A stretch of DNA of 64,000 nucleotides. Source: Desulfobacterales bacterium (lineage in GTDB: Bacteria > Desulfobacterota > Desulfobacteria > Desulfobacterales > UBA2174). Position numbers and translations under genes: made by a program. Below, piece by piece: positions 10,931 through 21,192 of this stretch. The first letter of the stretch is position 1; the number at the start of each line of letters is the position of its first letter. Below the pieces are notes generated by a model. That model made no database searches. It saw nothing but the letters and a program-made list of their open reading frames with translations, and was not told where the DNA came from. The stretch covers positions 1 to 64,000 of the forward strand of contig CAXXWC010000010.1 of the NCBI GenBank assembly GCA_963668645.2, in the 5' to 3' direction.

Positions 10931-12091
10931 ATGGATTTCAGCCTGACCCGGGAGCAGACCATGCTCCTTGACAGCCTGCGCAACGTGGCGCGCAAGGAAA
11001 ATTTTCGCGCTCTGGCCGCGCAGATCGACGCCACCGAAGAGTTCCCCGCCCGCCTGATCAAGCTTTACGCCGGCATGGGCCTTCTGGGCATGACCCTGTC
11101 GTCCGAGTACGGCGGCCAGGACGAAAGCGCCCTGACCGCGGTTTTGGCCATCGAGGAGCTGGCCAAGTGGAGCCCGATGATCGCCGCCCCGGTCTTCGAG
11201 TCCAACGTCGGGCCGGTGCGGGTCATCGACATGTTCGGCACCGACGCGCAAAAGCAACGCATCCTGCCCGGGGTGTGCCGGGGCGACTACAGCGTGTCGG
11301 TATGCATGACCGAACCCGAGGCCGGCTCGGATCTGACCGCCCTGGACACCACCATAACGGACAGCGGCGACGGCTTGCGGCTCAACGGCCAGAAGGCGTT
11401 TATCACCGGGGGCGGGCATGCCAGCCACTACCTGGTCTACACGCGCTTCGGCGAGACCCGGGGCTACAAGGGAATCGGGGCGGTAATCGTGGAAAAGGGG
11501 ATGGAGGGCTTTTCCTTCGGCAAGCAGGAAAAGTTCATGGGCCTGCGGGGGATGCCGTCGTGCGCCCTGCACTTCGACAACGTGTTGATTCCCGAAGAAA
11601 ACGTCGTGATTCAGGCCGGCGATTTCGGCAAGCTGATGCTCACCTTCGACATCGAGCGCTGCGGCAACGCCGCCATGTGCCTGGGAACGGCCGGCGGGGC
11701 CATGGAGGAGGCCAAGCGCTACGCCATGCAGCGCGAGGCATTCGGCCGTCCGATCTGCGAGTTTCAGGCGATCCAGTTCATAATGGCCGACATGGCGATG
11801 CATCTGGATGCGGCCCGCCTGCTCGTCTACCGCGCCGCCAACGGGGCCGGCCAGGGGCTGCCATCGATCTACGAGGCCTCGCTGGCCAAGAGCTACGCCA
11901 ACGAGATGGTGCGCAAGGTGACCGACGACGCCATGCAGATCTTCGGCGGTTACGGCTACAGTTGCGACTATCCCATCGAGCGCATGTGCCGCGACGCGCG
12001 TGCCTGGGGGGTGGCCGGCGGCACCCTGCAGATGCTCAAGGTCACCATCGCCAGCATGATCTTCGGCCGGCGCTTCAACCAGCGCGGATGA
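10931..12091 (+). CDS. Acyl-CoA dehydrogenase
   Basis: MTEPEAGSD, LNGQKAFIT, REAFGRPI, QIFGGYGY, RDAR. Confidence 0.95.
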   Translation: MDFSLTREQTMLLDSLRNVARKENFRALAAQIDATEEFPARLIKLYAGMGLLGMTLSSEYGGQDESALTAVLAIEELAKWSPMIAAPVFESNVGPVRVIDMFGTDAQKQRILPGVCRGDYSVSVCMTEPEAGSDLTALDTTITDSGDGLRLNGQKAFITGGGHASHYLVYTRFGETRGYKGIGAVIVEKGMEGFSFGKQEKFMGLRGMPSCALHFDNVLIPEENVVIQAGDFGKLMLTFDIERCGNAAMCLGTAGGAMEEAKRYAMQREAFGRPICEFQAIQFIMADMAMHLDAARLLVYRAANGAGQGLPSIYEASLAKSYANEMVRKVTDDAMQIFGGYGYSCDYPIERMCRDARAWGVAGGTLQMLKVTIASMIFGRRFNQRG

Positions 12092-12155
12092 AGCGGCGCC
12101 AGCCCCCGAAAGGGGGTGCCGCCTGTCTGCGACCTTTTCCAAGGGAGAAAAACCG

Positions 12156-14090
12156 ATGAGCCAGTACTACCGCGACGCGGATCATCTCTACGAAATCTAC
12201 GGCTACTTTCTCGACAAGGTGCTGCACGATGAAAAGATCGGGCCCAAGATGGCCAAGGCCGGGATCATCATCCGCTTCATCTACACCGACCCGGACTGCG
12301 AAGTGACCATCGATTTGAAGAACCCGCCGGCCAAGCCCGGTTCCTACGGCACCTACTACCTCGGACCGACGGATCTAAAGGAGGATGTCTGGTCTAGGCA
12401 GAGTGCCGACCACTCCCACCGCTTCTGGCACGGGCTGGAAAATCCCATCGCCGCCGTCACCCGCGGCAAGGTTAAGCAGGGCGGCAAGATCACTGCCATG
12501 CTCAAGCTCCTGCCCGTGGTCAAGCCCACCTTCGCGCGCTTTCCGGAGATCCTGCACGAAATGGGCTATGCCGACCTGGTGGTGACCAAGGGCAAGGCGG
12601 CGGCGAAACCCGGCGACGCCCGGGGGCCGGCTGCGGCGTGGTCAGTAAAGCCGAAAGCCGGGATGATCGTCCGCGACCGGTTTTACATCGGCGGAAAATG
12701 GGTCGCCCCGCATGGCGCAAAATCCGTGGCAATCATCAATCCGTACACCGAAGAGGCCATCGCCCGGGTGGCCATGGCAGACAGCGGGGACGTGGACCGG
12801 GCCGTGGCCGAAGCCCGAAGCGCCTTCGGGCCATGGTCGGCGACGCCGGCGGCGGAAAGGGCGGCGATTCTGAAACGGATCTCCGAAGCCCTGGCCTCCC
12901 ACCAGGACGAGATCGGCGACACGATCTCCCGGGAGATGGGCATGCCTTCGGTCTGGTCCCGAATGATCCAGGTCGGGCTTCCCGTGGCCACCTTCGCCAG
13001 CTTTGCCCAGATGCTGGAAGACCACCGCTTCGAATCTCCCATGGGCACGACGCAAATCGTCAAGGAGCCCATCGGGGTCTGCGGCTTTGTCACCCCCTGG
13101 AACTATCCGCTGCACCAGATCGCGGGCAAGGTGGCCCCGGCCCTGGCCGCCGGGTGCACCATGGTCCTGAAGCCGAGCACCCTCGCCCCCCTCAATGCCT
13201 TCCTGCTGGTCGAGGTTTTGCAGGAGGCCGGGCTGCCGCCCGGGGTCTTCAATCTGGTCTGCGGGGCCGGCAGCCAGGTCGGCCGGGCCCTGTGCACCCA
13301 TGCGGACATCGACATGGTGTCGATCACCGGGTCCACGGCCTCGGGGATCGAGGTGGCCCGCAGCGCCGCGGACACCGTCAAGCGCGTCACGCTGGAACTG
13401 GGCGGAAAGTCGGCCAACATCCTGCTCGCCGATGCCGACTGTCAGACTGCCGTGACCAAGGGGGTCTATGATTGCTTCCTCAATAGCGGCCAGACCTGTT
13501 CGGCCCTGACGCGCATGCTGGTCCCGAGACAGATGCAGGACGCGGTGGTGGACATCGCCCGCCAGGCCGTGGCCTCCATGGTCGTCGGCGATCCCTTTGC
13601 GCCCGAAACCTATATCGGCCCCTTGGTGAGCGGCGAACAGCGCGAATCGGTGCGGGGCTACATCCGCAACGGCATCGACCAAGGCGCCCGGCTGGTGGCC
13701 GGCGGGCCGGAGCCGCCCGAGGGGCAGGAAAGGGGCTTTTTCGTCAAACCGACCGTTTTCGCCGAGGTCAAGCCGCAGATGACCATCGCCAGGGAGGAAA
13801 TCTTCGGGCCGGTGCTCTCCATCCTGCCGTACAACACCGAGCAGGAGGCGGTGGCCATGGCCAACGATTCGCCCTACGGCCTGTCCGGGGCGGTCTGGTC
13901 GGCCGACCTCGACAGGGCCCGGCGGGTGGCCCGCCAACTGCGCACCGGCCAGGTGTTCATCAACGGCGCCGGCTTCGACATCAACGCCCCCTTCGGCGGT
14001 TACAAACAATCGGGCAACGGCCGCGAGCGCAGCTGCTACGGCCTGGAAGAGTTTCTGGAGATCAAGGCGTTGATCGGACACAATTCATAA
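12156..14090 (+). CDS. SCP2-like lipid-binding domain fused to aldehyde dehydrogenase
   Basis: N-terminal ~140 aa SCP2-like (HRFWHG..AVTRGKVK.GG..MLKLLP), Ala/Lys/Pro linker, then ALDH motifs PWNYP, LELGGKS, GQTC, EEIFGPV, PFGGYKQSG. Confidence 0.85.
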   Translation: MSQYYRDADHLYEIYGYFLDKVLHDEKIGPKMAKAGIIIRFIYTDPDCEVTIDLKNPPAKPGSYGTYYLGPTDLKEDVWSRQSADHSHRFWHGLENPIAAVTRGKVKQGGKITAMLKLLPVVKPTFARFPEILHEMGYADLVVTKGKAAAKPGDARGPAAAWSVKPKAGMIVRDRFYIGGKWVAPHGAKSVAIINPYTEEAIARVAMADSGDVDRAVAEARSAFGPWSATPAAERAAILKRISEALASHQDEIGDTISREMGMPSVWSRMIQVGLPVATFASFAQMLEDHRFESPMGTTQIVKEPIGVCGFVTPWNYPLHQIAGKVAPALAAGCTMVLKPSTLAPLNAFLLVEVLQEAGLPPGVFNLVCGAGSQVGRALCTHADIDMVSITGSTASGIEVARSAADTVKRVTLELGGKSANILLADADCQTAVTKGVYDCFLNSGQTCSALTRMLVPRQMQDAVVDIARQAVASMVVGDPFAPETYIGPLVSGEQRESVRGYIRNGIDQGARLVAGGPEPPEGQERGFFVKPTVFAEVKPQMTIAREEIFGPVLSILPYNTEQEAVAMANDSPYGLSGAVWSADLDRARRVARQLRTGQVFINGAGFDINAPFGGYKQSGNGRERSCYGLEEFLEIKALIGHNS

Positions 14091-14184
14091 GCGCCCGGAC
14101 GGAGGCAGCATGCAAGGGCAAGACAGGCCCAAACCGGCCGGCGACGCCGTTTACATCCGCAAGGTCTAAAGGGGGTCCGATCCG

Positions 14185-15144
14185 TTGCAAGGGATGGTCT
14201 TCAACATCCAGCGGGCCTCCACCGAGGACGGGCCGGGCATCCGCACCACGGTATTTTTCAAGGGGTGCGGCCTGCGCTGCACCTGGTGCCACAATCCTGA
14301 GGGGATCGACTTTCGCCCCCAGCTCCAGTGGGTGGAAACCCTGTGCATGGACTGTCATGCCTGCCTTGGCGCCTGCCCGCGCCGGGCACTGGTGGCCGGG
14401 CCCCGGGGCATCGGGATCGATCGGAACCTGTGCGACGGATGCGGGGACTGCGCTGCGGCCTGTCCCACCGGGGCCATGGAGATCATCGGCCGGTCCTGGT
14501 CCGCTTCGGATCTGGCGGCCGAAGCGATGCGGGACGCAATCTACTATGAAACATCGGGCGGCGGGGTGACCGCCTCAGGGGGAGAGCCGGTCCTGCAGGC
14601 AGGTTTTGTGGCTGACTTTTTCCGCCGATGCCGCTCCCGGGGGATCGCCACCGCCCTGGACACCTGCGGCCAGGCGCCGCCGCAAAACTTCCGGCGCCTT
14701 CTGCCCCACACCGATCTGGTTCTTTTCGACATCAAACTCATCGACCCGATGCGTCATCGCCGCCACACCCGCTTGGACAACCGCCTGATTCTGAAAAACC
14801 TGGAGCGCATTGTCGAAGCCAAGCGCCAGGGGTGGCCCGGGAAGATCTGGATCCGCACCCCCATCATCCCCGGCGCCACCGATGACGAGGAGAATTTGGC
14901 TGCCATCGGCCGCTTTCTGGCTGCCCGCCTCGGCACCGATTTGGCGCGCTGGGAGCTTTGCGCTTTCAACAACCTGTGCCGCGACAAGTACCGCCGTCTC
15001 GGGCTGAACTGGGTCTACCGGGGCGTCGATCTCATCAGCGCCGAGCGGATGGAACGGCTCTGCGATGCGGCCCGCCGCTCTGGGGTGGCGCCGGCAATCG
15101 TTGCCGGCAGCGGCGCTGTGGGCCGGACGCGGAAAAACAGATGA
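14185..15144 (+). CDS. Glycyl-radical enzyme activating enzyme (radical SAM with ferredoxin insert)
   Basis: DGPGIRTTVFFKGCGLRCTWCHNPE, two CxxCxxCxxxC motifs, SGGEP. Confidence 0.95.
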   Translation: MQGMVFNIQRASTEDGPGIRTTVFFKGCGLRCTWCHNPEGIDFRPQLQWVETLCMDCHACLGACPRRALVAGPRGIGIDRNLCDGCGDCAAACPTGAMEIIGRSWSASDLAAEAMRDAIYYETSGGGVTASGGEPVLQAGFVADFFRRCRSRGIATALDTCGQAPPQNFRRLLPHTDLVLFDIKLIDPMRHRRHTRLDNRLILKNLERIVEAKRQGWPGKIWIRTPIIPGATDDEENLAAIGRFLAARLGTDLARWELCAFNNLCRDKYRRLGLNWVYRGVDLISAERMERLCDAARRSGVAPAIVAGSGAVGRTRKNR

Positions 15145-15247
15145 TGGTGGAACGAAGTTCCCGGATAAATCGGCGCAGCGCTTCAATTGGAGGGCGTTTT
15201 GTAGTATGAGGCTGGTCTGCCCATAAGGGCCCGACAGAGGAACAAGG

Positions 15248-15523
15248 ATGGAGCGAGACCAGATCAGAACCGAGCTGCTGCGGATTTTCAGCACCCTCTT
15301 CGAAATCGAAAACCCCGGACTGGACGAGGATCTGCGCGAGGTGCACGAGTTCGACAGCATCGATGCCATCGAATTGCTGAGGGAAATCGAGGTGATGCTC
15401 GACACCGTGCTGACCCGGGCCGAAAAAGAAGCCGCCATGGAAATCCGCACCCTGGGGCAGATCATCGACTACGTCCAGCGCCTGGCTGATCAGCGCGCTG
15501 GAAAGGGGCAGGCACCGCCATGA
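15248..15523 (+). CDS. Acyl carrier protein
   Basis: Acidic 91 aa with FDSIDAIEL phosphopantetheine motif. Confidence 0.88.
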   Translation: MERDQIRTELLRIFSTLFEIENPGLDEDLREVHEFDSIDAIELLREIEVMLDTVLTRAEKEAAMEIRTLGQIIDYVQRLADQRAGKGQAPP

Positions 15524-16758
15524 CCCGGCGCGTGGTCATCACCGGCTGGAGCGCCATCACCCCCATCGGCGTCAGCGGGAAGGAACTTTGCCGCCACCTG
15601 ACCGAGGGCATCTCGGGCGTGATGCGGATGAAGGCCGACGACCTGCTGGCCGACCAGATCCACTCCAAGGTCTTCGGCACGGTCAGCCATCCCATGGATT
15701 ACGCCTTCAAGCGCCGCGACGCCAAAACCATGGGACCGGTGGCCTACTACGCCTGCCGCACGGCCCAAGAGGCCCTGGAGGCCAGCGGCCTGGACCAGAC
15801 CGTGATCCGCTCGGGCCGCCTGGGCGTCGCCTTCGGCTCGACCCACGGCAGCCCCACCGTGCAGCGCAACATCTACCGGACCTTTTTCAGCGACGACCGC
15901 CAGAAGCTGGCCTCGGTGGGCGCGGTGGACTATCTCAAGTCCATGGTGCACACCACGGCGGTGAACATCACCAAGATGTTCGGGATCACCGGCCGGGTCA
16001 TCTCGTCGTCCACCGCCTGCACCACGGGCAGCCAGTCGATCGGGTTCGGCTACGAGGCCGTCAAGTACGGACTCCAGGATGTGATGCTCTGCGGGGGGGC
16101 CGACGAGTACGACACGACCACGGTGGCGGTCTTCGACAACCTGCTGGCCTGCTCCACGGCTTTCAACGAAACGCCCCACCTGACCCCGCGTCCTTTCGAC
16201 CAGCGCCGCGACGGACTGGTGGTGGGAGAAGGGGCCGGGGCCGTGATCTTGGAAGAGCTGGAGCATGCCCGCCGCCGCGGCGCCCCCATTTTTGGCGAAG
16301 TGCTCGGGTTCGCCTGCACCAACAACGGGGGCGACCTGATCCTGCCCAGCCCCGAAGGGATCGTGCACTGCCTTCAGGCCGGGCTGGAAAACGCCTCCAT
16401 CGCCCCGGCAGAAGTGGACCTGGTCAGCGCCCACGCCACCGGCACCAAGATGGGAGACGTGATCGAGGCCCAGGCCATCGGGCGGGTCTACGGCACCGGT
16501 CCGGCGGTGGTGGGGCTCAAGAGCTACATGGGGCATACCATGGGCTCCTGCGGGGCCATCGAAACGATCCTGGTGCTGTTGATGATGGCCGAAGGATTCA
16601 TCGCGCCGACCCTCCACCTGGAGTGCGTCGATCCGCGCTGCGCCATGATCCGGCACGTCACCAGGCTCACCGAGGCCCCGGTGCGGGTGGCGGCGGTGCA
16701 AAATTTCGCTTTCGGCGGCGTCAACACCTGCCTCTTTTTACGGCGCTGGGACGGCTGA
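15520..16758 (+). CDS. Beta-ketoacyl-ACP synthase (FabB/FabF type)
   Basis: STACTTG, AHATGT, KSYMGH (Cys-His-His), NFAFGG. Confidence 0.93.
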   Translation: MTRRVVITGWSAITPIGVSGKELCRHLTEGISGVMRMKADDLLADQIHSKVFGTVSHPMDYAFKRRDAKTMGPVAYYACRTAQEALEASGLDQTVIRSGRLGVAFGSTHGSPTVQRNIYRTFFSDDRQKLASVGAVDYLKSMVHTTAVNITKMFGITGRVISSSTACTTGSQSIGFGYEAVKYGLQDVMLCGGADEYDTTTVAVFDNLLACSTAFNETPHLTPRPFDQRRDGLVVGEGAGAVILEELEHARRRGAPIFGEVLGFACTNNGGDLILPSPEGIVHCLQAGLENASIAPAEVDLVSAHATGTKMGDVIEAQAIGRVYGTGPAVVGLKSYMGHTMGSCGAIETILVLLMMAEGFIAPTLHLECVDPRCAMIRHVTRLTEAPVRVAAVQNFAFGGVNTCLFLRRWDG

Positions 16759-16786
16759 ACCGGCGCCGGTCAATCCGGAGCAAGCC

Positions 16787-17611
16787 GTGGTCAACAAGGG
16801 ACACCCACAGCGGCCGGCCGGCCGCGGCGAGCCGCAGGCCTTCGATCTGATCGGCACCCTGATCCTCTGGGGCTATTTCACCGCCGGCTTCGTTTTCTTT
16901 TTCGCCCCGGTCTATCTGGCGGCACGGCTTTTCGCCCGGGACACGGCCCGGGCTTTTCAAGGGCTCAACCGGATCTTTTACCGGGGATTCTTCCGGCTCC
17001 TGGCCTGCCTGGCACCGGCCCAGCGCTGGCGTATCGACCCGCGCATCGACCAGATCCGCGGCGCCGTGGTGGTCTGCAATCACCTGTCTTATCTGGATCC
17101 GCTCTTGCTGGTAGCCATGCTGCCGCGCCATACCACCGTGGCCAAGGCGCGCCTGTTCCGGATTCCGGTCTTCGGGCGCATGCTCGAACTCTCGGGCTAC
17201 ATCCCGGCCACCACCGAGCACGGCCAGGGGGCCCGGGTCCTGGAGCGCATCGAGGCCCTGCCGGCCGAACTGGCGGCCGGCGGCAACCTCTTCGTGTTCC
17301 CCGAAGGCACCCGGGGCCGCGACGGCGCGGTGGGCCCCCTGCACAAAGGCGTCTTCAAGCTGGCACGCACCTTGCGGGCTCCGCTGCACGTGCTGCGCGT
17401 GGAGGGAACCGACCGGCTCTTTGCCCCCGGACGCTTCGCCTTTCACCTGACCCGGCCTAACACGGTCCGACTGCAACACCTGGCCGTGCTGTCTTCTGAA
17501 GCGGTCCTGGAAGCCGTATCGGCCCGGTCCCTGGCCGAGCAGGTGCACCGCCTGCTGGCCCGATCCCCCCATGCTGCAGCAGCCGCACCAAAGCCGGCCC
17601 AAATCCCTTGA
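16787..17611 (+). CDS. PlsC-like lysophospholipid acyltransferase
   Basis: NHLSYLD, FPEGTR. Confidence 0.9.
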   Translation: MVNKGHPQRPAGRGEPQAFDLIGTLILWGYFTAGFVFFFAPVYLAARLFARDTARAFQGLNRIFYRGFFRLLACLAPAQRWRIDPRIDQIRGAVVVCNHLSYLDPLLLVAMLPRHTTVAKARLFRIPVFGRMLELSGYIPATTEHGQGARVLERIEALPAELAAGGNLFVFPEGTRGRDGAVGPLHKGVFKLARTLRAPLHVLRVEGTDRLFAPGRFAFHLTRPNTVRLQHLAVLSSEAVLEAVSARSLAEQVHRLLARSPHAAAAAPKPAQIP

Positions 17612-17643
17612 CCCGCCTTGCGGTTGGGTCTAACAAGGCGCCG

Positions 17644-18963
17644 ATGAACCGACACCCCCCGCCAGCACCGGCTCGCCCCGCCGGCCCCCCGCCGCTTCGC
17701 ATCGCCTGGCTGGTCTGGGCCATGGGGGCGCCCCTGTACGTGATCGGATTCTTCCATCGGGTAGCCCCGGCGGTGATGACGGCCGAACTGATGCACGATT
17801 TTACCATCGGCGCCGCCTCCCTGGGCAACCTGTCCGCCTTCTACTTTTACAGCTATGTGCTGATGCAGATCCCCACCGGGATCCTGGCGGACCGCTGGGG
17901 GCCGCGCCGGCTGCTGAGCACCGGCGCCCTGGTGGCCGGAATCGGGTCGATGGTCTTTGCCCTGGCCCCGAATTTCGAATTGGCCTGCCTGGGCCGCTTT
18001 CTCATCGGCGGATCGGTGGCCGTGGCGTGGATCGGGCTGCTCAAAGTGGCCGCCAACTGGTTTGCGCCGCAACTTTTTTCCATGGTCACCGGGGTGGGGC
18101 TGATCTGCGGGATCTTCGGCGCGGTGGGCGCCGGACCGCCCCTGCGCCTGCTCATGGACCATGCCAGCTGGCGGCCGACCATGATGGTGGCGGCCGCCGC
18201 GACCTTGGCCATCGGCTTTTTGATCTGGCACGTGGTGCGCGACACCCCCCACGAAAAAGGATATGCCGATCTTCCCGGCACCTTCGCGGCCTGCGAACAG
18301 CGGTCAGCATTACAGGATCTGGGAAAAGTCCTGCGCTATCGCAACACGTGGCTGCTTTTCATGATTCCCGGGGGGATCGTCGGCCCCGTGCTGACCTTCG
18401 GAGGCCTGTGGGGGGTTCCTTTCCTGACTGCCCGTTATCCCATTGCGGCAAGTCAGGCCTCGATGCTGACCACTCTTTTGATGGTCGCCTGGGCCGCGGC
18501 CAGCCCGATCTTCGGATGGTTGTCGGACCATCGGGGCCGGCGCAAACCGATCTATCTGGCCAGCGGATTGACGGCCCTGGCCGGCTGGTGCGCCATCGTC
18601 TATCTGCCCGGCCTGCCGTTGACGGTTATGGTGGGATTGATCGTCATTACGGGCCTGGCCTCCGGATGCATGATTGTCAGTTTCGCTTTTGCCCGCGAAT
18701 CGGTCCCGGCACGGCTGGCCGGCACGGCGGCCGGGATCGTCAACATGGGGGTCATGATGGGCCCGATGATCCTTCAGCCGGCGGTGGGCTGGATGCTCGA
18801 CCGCTGCTGGACCGGCCAGCTAGCCGACGGCGTGCGCCGTTACGAGCTGGCCGCCTACCAGGCCGGGTTTTCCATGATGCTCGCCTGGCTGGCCTTGGCC
18901 ATGGTGCTGCTCGTGTTTACCCGCGAGACCTACTGCCGCCCCCTTGACGCCGGCGGCCGATAA
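17644..18963 (+). CDS. MFS transporter
   Basis: Many hydrophobic segments, GILADRWGPRR, GWLSDHRGRRK. Confidence 0.92.
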   Translation: MNRHPPPAPARPAGPPPLRIAWLVWAMGAPLYVIGFFHRVAPAVMTAELMHDFTIGAASLGNLSAFYFYSYVLMQIPTGILADRWGPRRLLSTGALVAGIGSMVFALAPNFELACLGRFLIGGSVAVAWIGLLKVAANWFAPQLFSMVTGVGLICGIFGAVGAGPPLRLLMDHASWRPTMMVAAAATLAIGFLIWHVVRDTPHEKGYADLPGTFAACEQRSALQDLGKVLRYRNTWLLFMIPGGIVGPVLTFGGLWGVPFLTARYPIAASQASMLTTLLMVAWAAASPIFGWLSDHRGRRKPIYLASGLTALAGWCAIVYLPGLPLTVMVGLIVITGLASGCMIVSFAFARESVPARLAGTAAGIVNMGVMMGPMILQPAVGWMLDRCWTGQLADGVRRYELAAYQAGFSMMLAWLALAMVLLVFTRETYCRPLDAGGR

Positions 18964-18968
18964 GAATT

Positions 18969-19523
18969 TTAGAATCGAACTTCGGGCACCGCCCGATCCG
19001 CAGGGTCCTCGATCTCGAAAAACTCGGCCTGGCGAAACCGGAACCTGTCGGCGACGATGTTGCTCGGAAAGGATTCCACCGCGATATTCATGTCCCGCAC
19101 GGTCCCGTTGAAGTAGCGGCGTGCCAGTTGGATCTGCTCCTCGATCTGGCTCAGTTCGTCTTGCAGGTCGAGAAAGTTCTGATTGGCCTTAAGGTCCGGG
19201 TAGGCTTCGGCCACGGCGAAAAGCCGGCCCAGGGCATGGGTCAGGTCTCCTTCCAGCCGGGCGCGCTGTCCGGGTCCGGCGGCCTCCAGGGTCTGGGACC
19301 GGAGGACGGTGACCTTTTCCAGCACCCCTTTCTCGTGGTCCATGTAGCCCTTGACGCTTTCGATCAGGTTGGGAATCAGGTTGGCCCGGCGCTTGAGCTG
19401 GACCTCGATGCCGCTCCAGCCCTCTCTGACCATGTTGCGCAGCCGCACCAGACGGTTATAGATGGCCACGGCCCAGGCCAGCAGGACGACAGTCAAAACC
19501 AGCAGGACAATCAGCACGGTCAT
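18969..19523 (-). CDS. lemA: LemA family protein
   Basis: N-terminal TM, YNRLV, WSGIEVQLKRRANLIPNL, EAYPDLKANQNF; real start taken as MTVLIV. Confidence 0.92.
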   Translation of the reverse strand: MTVLIVLLVLTVVLLAWAVAIYNRLVRLRNMVREGWSGIEVQLKRRANLIPNLIESVKGYMDHEKGVLEKVTVLRSQTLEAAGPGQRARLEGDLTHALGRLFAVAEAYPDLKANQNFLDLQDELSQIEEQIQLARRYFNGTVRDMNIAVESFPSNIVADRFRFRQAEFFEIEDPADRAVPEVRF

Positions 19524-20045
19524 GGGAGTTCCTTTGGTGAAGGTTGAGGCCTGGGCCCCGAAAGCCGCCTTGTCCGGATTCGTCTCTGAGGGGACTGCCC
19601 CGGAACCCGCTTTTTTTTGGATTTCATACTGCCACAAGGCGCCTGAGCGGGTCACCATAAAATTGCTCGCCGCAAGGATCCGGACCGATTCGAGGCCCAC
19701 GGATCCGTCTGGACTCCGATCCCTTCCCGGGGCTTGCCAGCGCCGACGCCGATTTCCGTCTTGCCCCGGAGCCGGCAAGGCCTGCCCCGTATCCAGAGGG
19801 TCTCCAGGCCGATCATGCAAAACTCACGATACGCTAACCATAAATTCACTTTTTGATCAGACTATTCGATCGTTTCGGCAATTTCAGAACCATATCGGTT
19901 CCAAAGCCAACATCTTTCGGACGTTTTTGTCATAAAACGAAAACTTATGTTGTCATTCGATCGCTTCTCCCGTATAGATTGTCATAGTCACCCTTGGCGC
20001 TCAACACGCCGCTGGGAATCAAAAAAAACTCATGCAGAAGGCATC

Positions 20046-21113
<1,068 letters not shown>

Positions 21114-21192
21114 CCCGCAAAGCACAAGGGCCGGATCGATGATCGAGTTGACGTGAACGCATGCAACCAGAAAACAATGAAGGAGGTAGGCC

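Noticed and set aside
19524..19820. N-terminal extension of LemA or a riboswitch
   Set aside because: LemA homology starts at MTVLIV; no recognisable riboswitch consensus.
19926..19990. Pho boxes upstream of the Ugp-like operon
   Set aside because: Three TGTCAT half-sites, but spacings (23 and 29 bp) do not fit the 11-bp period; left uncalled.
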